NCBI RefSeq assembly: GCF_009914755.1
Contig: NC_060940.1
DNA length: 64,000 bases
Source of the DNA: the human T2T-CHM13v2.0 reference genome, Homo sapiens
Reading direction: 5' to 3' (one strand)
The notes beneath the pieces were generated by a model that searched no databases, was not told the origin of the DNA, and was given only the letters and a program-made list of their open reading frames with translations. The translations under genes and the position numbers were made by a program. This document shows positions 13,372 through 26,555 of this stretch, piece by piece (the stretch's first letter is position 1; each line of letters begins with the position of its first letter).

Positions 13372-14574
13372 TTTGCATTTCCCTGATAATTAGTGATGTT
13401 GAGCATTTTTTCATATGTTTGTTGGTCTTTTGTATGTCTTCCTTTGAGAAATGTCTTTTCATATCCTTTACCCACTTTTTGATGGGATTATCTGTATTTT
13501 TCTTGCTGATTTGTTTGAATTCCTTGTAGGTTCTGGATGTTAGTCCTTTGTCAAATGCATTGTTTGTGGATATTTTCCCCCATTCTATGGGTTGTCATTT
13601 TACTCTGCTGATTACTTCTTTTGCTGTACAGATGCTTTATAGTTTAATTAGGTCTCATTTATTTTTGTTTTGTTTTTGTTGCATTTGCTTTTGGGTTCTT
13701 GATCATGAATTCTTTGCTTAAGCCAATATCTAGAAGAGTTCTCGATGTTATCTTCTAGAGTTTTTATGGTTTCAGGTCTTAGATTTAAGTCTTTGATCCA
13801 TCTTGAGTTGATTTTTGTATAAGATGAGAAGTGAGGATCCAGTTTCATCCTTCTACATGTGGCTTGCCAATTATGCCAGCACCATTTATTGAATAGGGTA
13901 TCCTTTCCCCACTTTATGTTTTTGTTTGCTTTGTCAAAGGTCAGTTGGCTGTAAGTATTTGGCTTTATTTCTGGGTCCTCCATTCTGTTCCATTAGTTTA
14001 TGTGCCTATTTTTATACCAGTACCATGCTGTTTTGGTAATTATAGCCCTGTAAAATTTGAAGTCGGGTAATGTGATGCCTCCAGATTTTTTTTTTTTTTT
14101 TTTTTTTTGCTTAGTCTTGGTTTGGCTATGTGGGCTCTTTTTTGATTCCTTATGAATTTTAGGATTTTTTTCTAGTTCTGTGAAGAATGATGATGGTATT
14201 TTGATGGGAATTGCATTGAATTTGTAGATTGCTTTTGGCAATATAGTCATTTTCACAATATTAACTCTACCCATCTATGAGCATGGGATGTGTTTCCATT
14301 TGTTTGTGTCATCGATGATTTCTTTCAGTAGTGTTTTATAGTTTTCCTTGTAAAGATCTTTCACCTCCTTGGTTAAGTATATTACTAAGTATTTTATTTT
14401 ATTTTTGCAGCTGTTATATAAAGGGGATTGAGTTCTTGATTTGATTCTCAGCTTGGGGGTTGTTGGTGTATAGCAGAGCTACTGATTTGTCTACATTGAT
14501 TTTGTATCCTGAAACTTTACTGAATTTATTTATCAGATCTAGACGCTTTGTGGATGAGTCTTTAGGGTTCCTCT
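13369..14574 (-). mobile_element. L1 (L1PB-like) internal ORF2 fragment, truncated at both ends
   Basis: ORFs 13993-14274 ([25 protein letters not shown]), 13648-13983 (LFNKWCW...[13 protein letters not shown]) and 13094-13462 ([10 protein letters not shown]...[14 protein letters not shown]) are frameshifted L1 ORF2 C-terminal pieces. Confidence 0.95.
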
Positions 14575-15329
14575 AAGTCTCTCTGTTTCACATAATCTAG
14601 TTGGAGTCCATTTCTGTAATTTGCAGCCAAAACTTAACTACCTTTAATTAATAAACCATTAAATAATCTTTGGGAATTTGAGGAATAGTCAGTGATTTGT
14701 GTGTAGTTTCTTAAAATGATACAGCCATATATACATGTATATATGTATATGTGTATATATGTGTGTGTGTGTGTATATATATATATAAAACATATTGGTA
14801 TTTTTCATTGAATCACATTTCACTGAGCACCTACTATGGTCCCTATGGTGGGGATGAGGAAGACATATTCGCTGATCTCAAGGAGTTCATATTTCTAGCA
14901 GCAAAAACGGATATGTGCTCACCTAGCAGGTTATGATGACATTTAACCCCCATCCACTCAGTGAGATAGAAATGATTTTCACATGTAAGTAAAATAAAAC
15001 TAAAATCGATAGTGGTTGGCAATGCTCTCAGGATCATGCAACCATTAATCAGCAGACTACTGGAACTCCTACTCAGATTGGCCTTACACCAAGGCCATTA
15101 TTCTAATCATCACACAGTATTGTAAACAACCTATAGCATACCTCTGATAATGGACCCAGTTTTGAAAAATCACTGAAGAACCTATGGGCAAAATGGTTCA
15201 TCCTGTCTAATAGGAGAGTTTCTCCCCTCTGCTACATCTGACTCTGTCTCCAAGGCTGTAAATCCCACTCCTGACCCTACACTGTTCCAGAAAACATCCC
15301 CCGTAAGCATCCAGCCTTCCCCTCACATA

Positions 15330-15660
15330 CCCAACGTGCCATAGCTATCCCTCCTGACTGCTTTGAACAGACTCAGGTCTTGTCCATCTTCACAACCTCT
15401 CCTGCCACACTACTTCCCATCTCACTCTCTTGCTTCACCTTCACAGTCAAACTCAAAAGATTTGTCTGGACTTAATGTCTTCCTTTCTTTACCTTCAACT
15501 GTCTCATTACACACTGCAAACAGATTTCTGTATCCATCACTCTACCAAAATAACTTTGGTCGACATCACCAATGACCTCTGTGTTATTACATAGTATGAA
15601 GCCTATCCAGTACTCTTCTCTCTTGACCACTCCAGGGCCAACCCCCTCCCACTTGAGATC
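15330..15660 (+). mobile_element. L2 fragment (5' part of the L2 continued at 17085)
   Basis: CCCATCTCACTCTCTTGCTTCACCTTCACAG...CTCTACCAAAATAACTTTGGTCGACATCACCAATGACCTC. Confidence 0.6.
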
Positions 15661-15662
15661 GA

Positions 15663-15737
15663 TCCTTCCTTCCTTCCTTCCTTCCTTCCTTCCTTCCTTC
15701 CTTCCTTCCCCCTCTCTCTCTCTCTTTCTTTCTTTCT
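15663..15737. repeat. (TTCC)n/(TC)n pyrimidine tract at the L1 tail
   Basis: Seen directly. Confidence 0.9.
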
Positions 15738-17082
15738 TAAATAAAATCCATTGAGGTAAAGTTTACATAGCATAAAACTAACCACTTACAGTGACTCAAA
15801 GGCATTTAGTACATTCACAATCTCATGCAACTACTATCTCTATCTTGTTCGAAAACATTTCCATCACTCAGTCCAAAGCAAAATCCTCTACCCATTTAAC
15901 AGTTTATCCCCATTTTCCATTCTTCCCAACTCCTGGCAACCAACCACCAATTCATACTGTGTCTCTATGGATCTATCTTTTCTGAATATTTAATATAAAT
16001 GGAACCATACAATAGGTAAACTTTATGTCAGGCTTCTTTCACTTAGCAGAAGGTTTAGATGTTCATTTATGTTGTGGTATGCATTTGTACTTCATTCCTT
16101 TTTGTGGCTAAATAATATTTCACTTATGGATATATTACAGTTTGTTTATCCATTTATCTTTTGATAGATATTTGGGCTCTTTCCTTTTTTTTTCTAGTAA
16201 TTATGAATAGTGTTTCTATGAACATACATGTACATGTACTTGTTTAAATACCCATTTCCAGTTTTTTTGAGTTACCTAAAAGTAGATTGTGGGGTCATAT
16301 AAGAATTCTCTGTTTAACTTTTTGAGAGACTACCTGTTCTTCACAGGGGCTGAAAAACTTCACATTCTTGCTGGCAATGTATAAGAGTTCCAGTTTCTCC
16401 ACATTCTCATCAACACTTATTAATTATTGTTTAAAAAGTATCACCATTCTAGTGGGTGTGAAGTTGTACCTCATTGTGGTTTTGATTTGCATTTCCTTCA
16501 TGACTAATTAGTCATTCCCTAATTTCCCTAATGACTGATGATGTTGAGCATCTTTACATGTGCTTATTGGCCATTTGAATATCTTCTCAAGAGATAGACC
16601 TATCATGTTCTTTGTCCATTTTTAACTACATCATTTGCCTTTTTGCTGCTATGAGTTCTTTATATATTCTGGATACTAGATCCTTATTAGATATAGGATA
16701 TGCAAACATTTTCTCCCATTCTGCAGGCTGTCTTTTCCCTTTCTTGATTATGTTTTTTGATACACTAAAATGTTTAACTTTGTTGAAGTTCAATTATGTT
16801 GCTGCCTCTGCTTTTGATGTCATGTCTAAGAATTCAAAGCTAAACCCAAGCCCATAAAGTTTTACTCCTATGCTCTCTTCTAAGACTTTTAGGGTTTTAG
16901 TTCTTATATTTAGGTTGTTGATCACTTTTGAGTTAATTTGCCTATATCATGTGAAGTGAAGTTTAAACTTAATTCTTTTTTGGGCAAATATCAAATTGTC
17001 CCAGCATCGTTTGTTAAAGAGAGAAGTATTTCCCCATTGAATAGTCTTGGCATCCTTGTCAAAAATCAATCGGCCATAAATG
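15730..17082 (-). mobile_element. Old L1 (L1MB-like) 3' end inserted into L2
   Basis: TTGAGGTAAAGTTTACATAGCATAAAA...GGCATTTAGTACATTCACAA...GAAAACATTTCCATCAC (3'UTR), followed by antisense ORF2. Confidence 0.85.
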
Positions 17083-17084
17083 TC

Positions 17085-18260
17085 ATTGAGATACTTTCTT
17101 GCATTGGCTTTGGTGACTTACTACTCACTCTGGCCACTCTTTCTATTCCCTTTGTAGGCTCAACACCCTCTACCCAGCCATTAAGGCTCAGTCTTGCATA
17201 TATTACCTTTATCATTTCATTCTTGCTCTCTACACAAAGTCTACCTTTAACTACCATCTATTTGCTGACGAGTCATAAGTGTAGATTTCTAGCTCAGTCT
17301 TCTCCCCAGAGCTTCAGATCTGAATATTCAGCTGCCTACCTGCAAGTGTCCACTTGGATATCACAAAGGCGTCTAAAAATTCCCATGTCTAAAGCCAAAC
17401 TATGGATCTTTCCCCCAAACTTGGCTCTCTTCTGATGTTCTTATCTGAATGAGTTACACCATCAGTTCTGTTATCCAAGCCAATAACCTGGGATTCAGTC
17501 TTTTTTTCTAACCTCTCATGACTAATCTACCAGTAAGTGCTGTGAATTGTGTATCTTAGCTCTCTCTCAAATCCATCTACTTCTCTCTCTCCACCAGCAC
17601 CTCTCTCCCCTAAGCTACCTTTATTTCTCCCATGACCTCTTGAAGTAACCTTCTCTTTTGTCTACTCTCATCCCTTCTTGCCTCTTTCAAACTCTTCTCC
17701 ATAATTGTAACCAGAGCAACCATTTTGAAAAACAAATATATCAACTGTTCTCAAAAGAGTTCTTAAAACTCTTCCCATTCTTCCTAGACTAAAGATGGAA
17801 GTGATTAGCATGGACTAGCGGACCCTGATAGTTTGGCCTTAGTCTCCTCACTGACCTCCTCCCCTCCAGTCCTCCTTTTGCTCTCTACACTTTAGCCACA
17901 TTGTCCTTCTTCCAGTAACGCAAATGCACGATGCTGCCTCCAGTCACGTGGCTTTTAAACATGCTGTTCTTTCTGCCTGAAACACCTTTTTCATCCCTTT
18001 GCCACAGTCCCTTAGTTAATGCTTATTTCTCCTTCAGTCCACTCTCACTTCCCTAGGGAAGGTTTCTCTGATCTCTCCAGCAAAGTCAATTCTCATAGGC
18101 CTTGTCACAATTATACTTTTATTTCTGGAAGTCTCTCTACTAGAGGATAAACTCCATTAGGGACGAAACCATGCTTGCTTTTGTTCACCATCGTATCATC
18201 AGCCTGGCACATAGTAGTTACTCAGTAAATATTTGCTGATTGACATATTGAATGAAATAT
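17085..18260 (+). mobile_element. L2 (long 3' portion)
   Basis: CAGCTGCCTACCTGCAAGTGTCCACTTGGATATC...AGCCTGGCACATAGTAGTTACTCAGTAAATATTTGCTGA, the L2 terminus. Confidence 0.85.
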
Positions 18261-18368
18261 TTATTAAAGAATAAACGAACATGGGAACAAAAGAGGTAAG
18301 TTCCATAAAGTTTATTTCAAAGTGTACTCCTAGAGGCAATTGTGAGAGTCATCATGAAGCACCTTGTA

Positions 18369-18735
18369 CAACTGATCCTTGAGCAAAGTGGGGGTCAGGG
18401 TGCTGACTCCTCACGCAGTCAAAAATCCATGTATAACTTTTGACTCTTCTAAAACTTGACTAACAGCCTACTACTGACCTGAGCCTTACCTATAACATAA
18501 ATAGCCAGAAAGAACAATATTAAGAAAATCATAATGAAAAGAAAAAAATACTTATGCTCATTAAGTGAAAGTGGATCATCACAAGTCTTCATCCTCATCA
18601 TCTTCATGCCAAGTAGGCTGAGGGAGAGAAAGAAGAGGAGGGGTTGATCTTGTCTTAGGACTAGTAGAGGCAGAAGAAAATCCATGTGGAGGTGGAACTG
18701 CACAGTTTAAACCTGTGTTGTTTGAGGGTCAACTG
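18369..18735. mobile_element. Tigger2a-like (MER28) TcMar DNA transposon
   Basis: TIRs CAACTGATCCTTGAGCAA ... TTGTTTGAGGGTCAACTG, flanked by TA. Internal CGCAGTCAAAAATCCATGTATAACTTTTGACTC. Confidence 0.85.
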
Positions 18736-18863
18736 TATTTCTATCTACTAATATCAAATGTTTTAAAATGAATTTTCCTAAATATAATTTGATATATGTC
18801 CTTTTAAAAGTGAGTTACCATTCAATTTACTATAACAATACAAATTTGAAATACATACAGATA

Positions 18864-19162
<299 letters not shown>

Positions 19163-19199
19163 TAATGAAAGAAATACAGCTAAACTTAATAGGAAAATT

Positions 19200-20640
19200 T
19201 AATGACTGTGAAAACAATCATAAACATTGAGGATCACAATTTTTAAAAATAAATGAGGTGACATACCATGTCCATGGATTAGAAAGTTAATATTGGAAAA
19301 ATGTTACTACTTCCCAATTATAAGTTGAATTCAATTCTGATCAAATTAATTTATGAATTTGCATAATCAAAAAATTATTGGTTAAGTACTAAGTGTTTAT
19401 TGGTAAGCATTAAATGACAGGGAAGGTTTAAAATTCATCTGAAAATCAAATAGGCAAGACTATTGAAGATATTGTGAAAAAGAAGAATAAAGAATAATGA
19501 GATGACAGATACAAAAACATAAAACTGAAATTATTAAACCACTGTGTTACTGACACAAGAACAGACAGATCGGTGGAACAGAATATAGATTATAGAATTT
19601 CAAATCCTTGGGAAAATGAATGCAATAAGCAGCTTTAGGACAATCAGTTGGCCATTTGGAAAAATTGATTTTTATTTCTATCTTATAACATATAAAAATA
19701 ATTCTAAATAAACACAGATGACATGAAAAAAATGAAAAGATAAATACTTGAGTAGAATATTAAATAGATATCAGTTTTCATGGTGGAAAGGAAGTTTCCA
19801 AGCCTACATGCAAATGAAAATACCATGAAGGACTTGAGTGGTAAATGTGTGTGCATAACAATAAAAGAAACATTATGATATTTTTAAAATAATTAAAATC
19901 AAAAGATAGCTGTCAAAGTAGGTGAATGCAAAATATCTTATATACAAAAGGTTAATAACTTTAAACTATAAACAGTGTTTACAAATCAGTGAGCAAAAAT
20001 GAAACCCTTCTAAACAAACAGTCAAAAAATCGAAACGGCCAATTCACAAGAGAATACCAACAACCAATTAGCTAATGATAAATGTTTAATATCACTAATA
20101 ATTTAAAAAGACAAATTGAAACAATTAATCACTATTTTCCTCTTATCAAATTCAAAGGGTCAGCAAGAAAGAAAAAAATATAATAGACACTTTGAAATAC
20201 TGCTGGTAGAAAATTAAATGGATGTATTCTTCCTATAGTGTAATTTTGCAAAATATTTCAATCAATAGTCTTGAATATATTCTCTACTTCGAACTAGTCA
20301 CTTTATTTCTAGGAATTTTCTTCAGCCTAATAAAATGGTCTGAGATGTACACAAATGTGTATATGTAAGGATCTTTATTACAATGTTTCCTGTAATAATA
20401 GCCACAAATTGAAAACAACAAGCAGGTTTTGACATGTCTAAATGCATTAGGTAAGCATATGTGATGGAATGCTAGCAGCCCTTGAATATGCTTTTAGTTA
20501 ATAAAATGGAGAAATGCACACAATATAATATAGTGAAAGGAAGAGAGGGACAGATAAATATACAGGATTACAGTGTGGAAAGAAATACAAAATGTCATCA
20601 CTAATTTTTCCTGAAAGGTTAGCTTATAGATGCCTTTTAT
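19200..20640 (+). mobile_element. Highly degenerate L1M(E) ORF2/3' fragments
   Basis: GACATACCATGTCCATGGATTAGAAAG...CAAGAACAGACAGATCGGTGGAACAGAATA...ACGGCCAATTCACAAGAGAA. Confidence 0.7.
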
Positions 20641-21029
20641 TTATTTGATATTTTTTCTAGCATGCTCTTAATTATCTCCCAAAAATAGAGTATTTTTGTT
20701 TATTTTTTCTTTAAAATTTTCAACATAAATGCATTATCATTGTAAAGTAATTCAGTAATGGGTTAATTTATGGAGCCCCTCTTCTATTCACCTCCACAGA
20801 AGTAATTACAGTTCAAGGTTAGTATATATCCTTCTAGACATTTTTCTATGTATTTACATATATGAATGTACATAACTATTTTTATCATCAGAAAAAGAAA
20901 GCTATTTAATATAAAACAAAAAGAATTAAGGGAAGAAAAGGAAAGTTGGCCAGATATTTTAGCAAATTATCCAATAACTGAAACATACGCAGTGAAGTTG
21001 TTGCCTTTATTTCAAAATCATTTACCTCA

Positions 21030-21700
21030 CCTTTTAATGACTCGAAAAAAGTCTTATGGGAAAAATTCTAAATTTGGGGTGGTGGGCAAGATAAATTAAT
21101 GACGAGCTGAAATAAATGAAAAGTAAGCTCTCTTCCGGCCTTTCCTTTATATTAGAAAATGTTAACAACACACCAATTGATGATATTTCATTAAAATTTT
21201 TAAGTATGTATGGTTTGGAGGGTAAAAGCAATGTTTGCAATACAAATAAACACAAGGGAAAAAAATACCCTAGCAAAATAAGAGAGCAGACTAACCCACG
21301 TTGAGTATCTCTGCCGCCAAGACAAGCTTCTGTTTGTTCCCTAAGTGCTGATGATAGGCAGGAAGGTGAGGGCCAGGATATTAAGCGGCTCTAATCCCAT
21401 TCTACTTTATGACTAGCTTGAGAAATGACCTCTAGCGAGATCTGGCCCTTGTTCTATCCAGCAACTAGATTTTTCTTACAGAAAATAAATTAAAAAGGTG
21501 TGACCTTGCTGAAGGCTTGCCGAGAAAATGAGGTACATCTTGTCACAAGCAGAGGAGCCTATTTGTTCAATTTGAAAGGCTGCCGCTTTGCTCCGATTAG
21601 AAGTTAAGATAAAGGCCGGGGATGAAAAGAGGAGAAACATTTCCAAGCGAGGAAATTAAAGAGCTACATTGGAGACCCTTTCAGCACTACAGTGGGCTTT
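21030..21700. promoter_or_regulatory. Candidate conserved non-coding element
   Basis: No repeat recognised, retained CpGs, and TAAATTAATGA and AATAAATTAAA words. Function is inferred. Confidence 0.25.
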
Positions 21701-22649
21701 TTGTGTGGGGTTTATCGGGCCCCATCAGCCACACCTTGTCCCTGTGCTTGAAGCTCCCTCTCCTCCGAGCACACAAAAGACTGCCATGTAGGGAGAGGAT
21801 GAGAAACCCCCTCTCTGATAGCCATCAGCAGCACCCACCCCCCTTCCCTGTAGGTCGCAGCAGCAGAAAGTGACCCACCCAAATTTGATGCACTGTGCGA
21901 AAAAGACTCAAAGTCATTTCATCGCATCCACCAAAGGGGCCTGGTCTAGAAGCTTCCTACCTTCCCTGGCAATAAATGTATCACGTCTTGGAGAATTTCT
22001 CCAAAATTTGCTAGAATAAATGGGCATTGGACTATCTTTGTGTCCATAAAAGTTTCAAGCCAACAGAAATTCCTGCCCAAAGCCCCTGAAGCTAAGAAAC
22101 CTTCCAACTCTTGTCATCGTTTTATAGACATCTTTTACGCACCAGCATGTCTTTCAACTTTTGAAGTAATAGCTTGTATGTGAAAGAAAGAGCTAAGAAA
22201 AAAATGCTGGGCTTTTCCACATGCTCTAAATTTACATCCAGCGTTCTATGCCCTGGTTCCCTCTATATACTAAGGTTCCAGAGAATGGCTGGGAAGGCCA
22301 GACTCCTTAACTAGAACTCGATGTCCTTGACTGTATGAAACCAACTCATCTTTCCGGTCTTATTGCTGTGCATTCCCTTCCACCTTCCAATCCCGAACAT
22401 ATTTTTCACTTTTCTACCTCCATGCTTTTACTCGAGCTCATAATGCTGCTAGAATTCCCTTCCTCAGCATATCTTTCTTTCTAACCCCTAGCTGTCTACA
22501 CTGCCCTTTGTCTTGATTTGTTTTAAAGTTATCTTCTCAGTATCCATAGTCTACCTGTTTGGAAAGAATCCCACATCTTATAAACATTGGTGGAAGAAAG
22601 GCATTCAACCCGCTGTGAAAGGTAAAAGAGCAAGATAGTCCCTCTTCCA

Positions 22650-22980
22650 GTTATTGGCAATGGGCCGCCATCTGGATCTGGAGTTTTGCAGGAGCGAATC
22701 AAAGATGCACAACAGCTGAGAACCACGTTGAGCGTCCAGCAGGAGGTGTGAGATCCAGCAGCACCACCTGGGAGAGTCTGGCAGGTGGGCTGCCCCAACC
22801 ACGTTGTTCCCTGGGATGAACTTGGCTGTGTTTCTCACTGTTATTTAATAGATTTCCTTTGGTCCAGCCCCAGCTTTCAACTCTCTGTGAGTCAATATAT
22901 TGTTTCTAATACATTTCTTTTCTTCTCAAGTTAGCCACCGCCCATTTCTGTTGCTTGCAACCATGGATACCAGCTGATAC
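22650..22980 (+). mobile_element. ERVL-type LTR remnant
   Basis: Ends AATACATTTCTTT...CTCAAGTTAGCCA...TTTCTGTTGCTTGCAACCA...CTGATAC, typical of old ERVL/MaLR LTR 3' ends. Confidence 0.5.
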
Positions 22981-23094
22981 GCCCTTTTTTAAGGCACAGT
23001 TTTCCTATTGCCATATCCATATGGTTTTCTTAGGAGTATCCATTTATAATGCATCTCTCATTACTCTCTGCTCACCCAAACTTTGTCCTTTCAT

Positions 23095-23590
23095 TTGACA
23101 ACTATTTATTGGGCATCCGTCAATCACGTACTAGGCCCTGTATTTGGTGCTAGGGATCAGAAGAGAGCCAAAAAACGTACATGATACTTTTCTGGGATAT
23201 ATGAAACATTTAAAACCCCAATATTAAGTTACTATAATGACAATTGAAGGAGAGTTAGGTACAATGGGAGTAAAATGAAAAGGAGACAGAGATAGCTGGC
23301 TGAAGCAAGCGGAGGGAGAAATGTTCAGGGAAGGGTGCCATGGGGAAGAATGAGTTTCTCTGTGAGCACTGAGCAGGAATAAGCCACAAGGAGTGGAGGG
23401 GAATAGAGGGCATGGTTGGCTGAAGCAGGCAGCATATTGTCCAGACTCTGGGACTAGGATTTGAAAAAGGCCTGAGGTCAGAAGAAGAATGGGAAGACCA
23501 AGGACTTGGGAGCAGCTGAGTAAAAGGGAGCTCAGTGAGAGATGACACTGGAGAGGCAGGCAGGGCCTTGTTAGGGCTTGGGACAGCCCT
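23095..23590 (-). mobile_element. L2 fragment
   Basis: CATTTGACAACTATTTATTGGGCATC...GCAGAGGCAGGCAGGGCCTTG-like antisense L2 sequence. Confidence 0.65.
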
Positions 23591-24594
23591 GCCCACTGCC
23601 CAGATGGTGATGGCCACCCTATCCCTGGGAGGTGCCAGCTTACACATTTTGTTACCCTGTCACCATAACTACCTTTGAGCTCATCAGAAAATTCATGCCA
23701 ATTTTTCTTTCTGATACTGTGGCCCCCATAGCTAAACTACTATTGCCCCGTGAGAGCTGGGACCATATCTTCCCGGTCTCTATCATCCCCCTAGAGCCTG
23801 CAGGAGCCCATTGAATGTTTTTGGAGTGGAGTTGCCTGCCTTGCATTGACATTCCCTAGGAACAAAGACAGCAATGTTCATGCTTCACCCATTTCTGCCT
23901 CCCGCATGAGCCCAGCATGTCTTCTCTTTCTTACTTAGCCAGCCCTCCAAGGTTTGTTTTATTGGAGTTTGCAATAATGTCCTTGAAGCAGAGCAAGATT
24001 CTCAAGTGCCTTCTGATCTATCAAGAATGCCTTAGCTTACTCCACTCAGGTTTCAGTGTTGAGTGTATAAACACTGAATTACTTGAGAATTGGTGATAGT
24101 GCACTAGGTTACATTTATGGAAATATGTGTAGTGATAATGGGGCCAGTAATAAGGCTGTGTATTGTAGAACAGACTGTATATCGGGTCCTGGCTAGAACA
24201 TTTTTCTGCACAAATGAGTTCATGTCTCTGTACCCCGTTTACCTATTTGAAATACACCCGGAAGAATGCAGTACCTCATCCCATCCAAAGATTGAGAGGA
24301 GACTGGTGTCTCATCTGAGTTTACATGGCAATGTCAGGATGATCTGGTTTAGTTTCTACTTCTTTACATAAAACTACTAAGAGAATTGGAGGGGGAGTTG
24401 ACCCCTAGGCAACAATACAAAGGGTCAGCAAGTCTTGTGGCCAATAGTGTTGAGCACAGAAATATCTAATGTTCCATCTGAAGGTGGCTGCTCTTTTGTG
24501 ATGCAAACACCCTCTGTCTCTTTTCTCATGCTTTAGCAAAGTCTTCTATGTGAGTTTATGTGAGTGGGTATTAATGTGGAAATCATGAAGTCTA

Positions 24595-24765
<171 letters not shown>

Positions 24766-25769
24766 CTATAGCTGAAGTATTTTGGGATACGTTCAGCACA
24801 GAAGTATGATGAGAGAATCCACAGAGTAGAACTAAGTAGAAACCAGACAAATGGAATGAAAAAACAAGCAAACAAAACAAAACAAACCCATTAGCCACTC
24901 CCTACCTTTCAGAATCCCCTGAAAGATTAGGAGGGCCATGCAGGATCTTTCCATGCTTGGGACTGGGATCATGCCAACTTATTTTGGTTCTTAAGAGACA
25001 GAAAACTTCAGCCGACATCTGGGTCAAAGTCAAATGCCACAGTTAGAAGAGTTGGTCCTTCCGGTCTTCTCTAACATGAACTTTCTGATCCAGTTTCTTC
25101 ACAAACATTTAAACAATAATTGGCTAACACTTTAGTTTTGAGAACATCATTTTAAGCAAACAATCAAGCCTCTCAGCACATTTTCTTCCTAAATACCCTA
25201 AATAAATGTACTTCATAGTATGGCTTATACAGCAAAATAATTTGTCTAGTGAATGAAGCCCCAGTGTTGAAATATCAGCAAGGTGATCTCTGGGCTTGGC
25301 CTTACTTTGTTTGTATTATCAGCATTCTGAGAGTGTTGGACATCTGGTTGCCTGCAAGAACAAAGAGGAATGCTACCAATTACCAGGAAACCCAATTGTC
25401 AGAAATGCCTTGCTCTTCAGAACTGCTCGTGACAAGGGGGAGAATTACAGCACCCACAGAATATTACTAAACATTGTTCAGAACAAATTATAGTATCCAA
25501 CATAAACTGCCTCTGGCTGGGACCACAGACAGAGGTTGCATTGGGAATATTTCCCCGACAGATTTTTAGAGTCCTTCAAGTTCACCTTCTATTAAATAGA
25601 GATCCAAAGAGTATTTGTAAGACACTTGGTATACCACGCCATTTAATAACATTGTTTATAGTGTCACTGTGTCCCAATTTGTTTACCCTATCTGTTTCTG
25701 TTTATATATTTTATGTGTGACTAAAGAACCAGTTCTATCACCTTTTGCTTCTCCCTCTTGACGATAACT

Positions 25770-26030
25770 AATATCATTTTTAATTGCTTATTAGGTGTCC
25801 AACAATATTCAGATCAGTCTGTAAACGTTATGCCTTTTACGCTTTATCTATAATGTGTAATGATCTTATAAGCTTAGTACTGTTATTCCCCTAGTCTTAC
25901 ACATGAAGACAATGAAGTTAGTGAGATGAAGTGTCTCCCCAAGGTCCAGATACCCTAGCTAGGAAGAGAGACAGATAGGATCAGATCCAGAGCTTGAGTT
26001 TTCACCATGGTCCATACTTTTAACTATAGT
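25770..26030 (-). mobile_element. MIR SINE
   Basis: TTACACATGAAGACAATGAAGTTAGTGAGATGAAGTGTCTCCCCAAGGTC...CTAGCTAGGAAGAGAG. Confidence 0.6.
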
Positions 26031-26286
26031 CTGACACATTATTGTGCTGCTGCCGTGAGTGAAACACAGTGTGGCTAAACCAGGTCCATGTCCAATGCCT
26101 CTGGACTTCTATACAAACATGTTTCCACCTGTCATGGTCAACCAAACCAAGAAGCAGACCAGGATGGGCTTTAATATCCCTGCCTCACCCTAGTTCACTC
26201 ACCCGCTGCTCCTCCCCTTTCCTCCCTCATGCTTTGGTAAGATCAATGATAAAGAGATACTGGTGAGTTAAAACTATAGGCATTGA

Positions 26287-26555
26287 GGCTGTGCATACTG
26301 GATCATGTCTATAATCCCAGCATTTGGGGAGGCCAAGGTGGGAAGATCGCAAGAAGCCAGGAATCCAAGACCAGCCTGGGCAACATAGCAAGATCCCATC
26401 TCTACCAAAGCAATGCAAAACTTAGCTGAGGATGGTGGCATGTGTCTATAATCCCAGTTACTCAGGAGGCTGAGGCAGGAGGATCACTTGAGCCCAGGAG
26501 CTCAAGGTTACAGTGAGCCTGGACAGCAATGAGAGATCCTGTCTCTAAAAATTAC
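26287..26555 (+). mobile_element. AluJ SINE with an internal deletion
   Basis: Dimer. TSD AAA(A/C)CTATAGG(C/T)ATTGA at about 26270-26286 and 26556-26572. Confidence 0.9.

Noticed and set aside
13094-14274. L1 ORF2-like peptides as a CDS
   Set aside because: Frameshifted, truncated retrotransposon fragments. Recorded as a mobile element.
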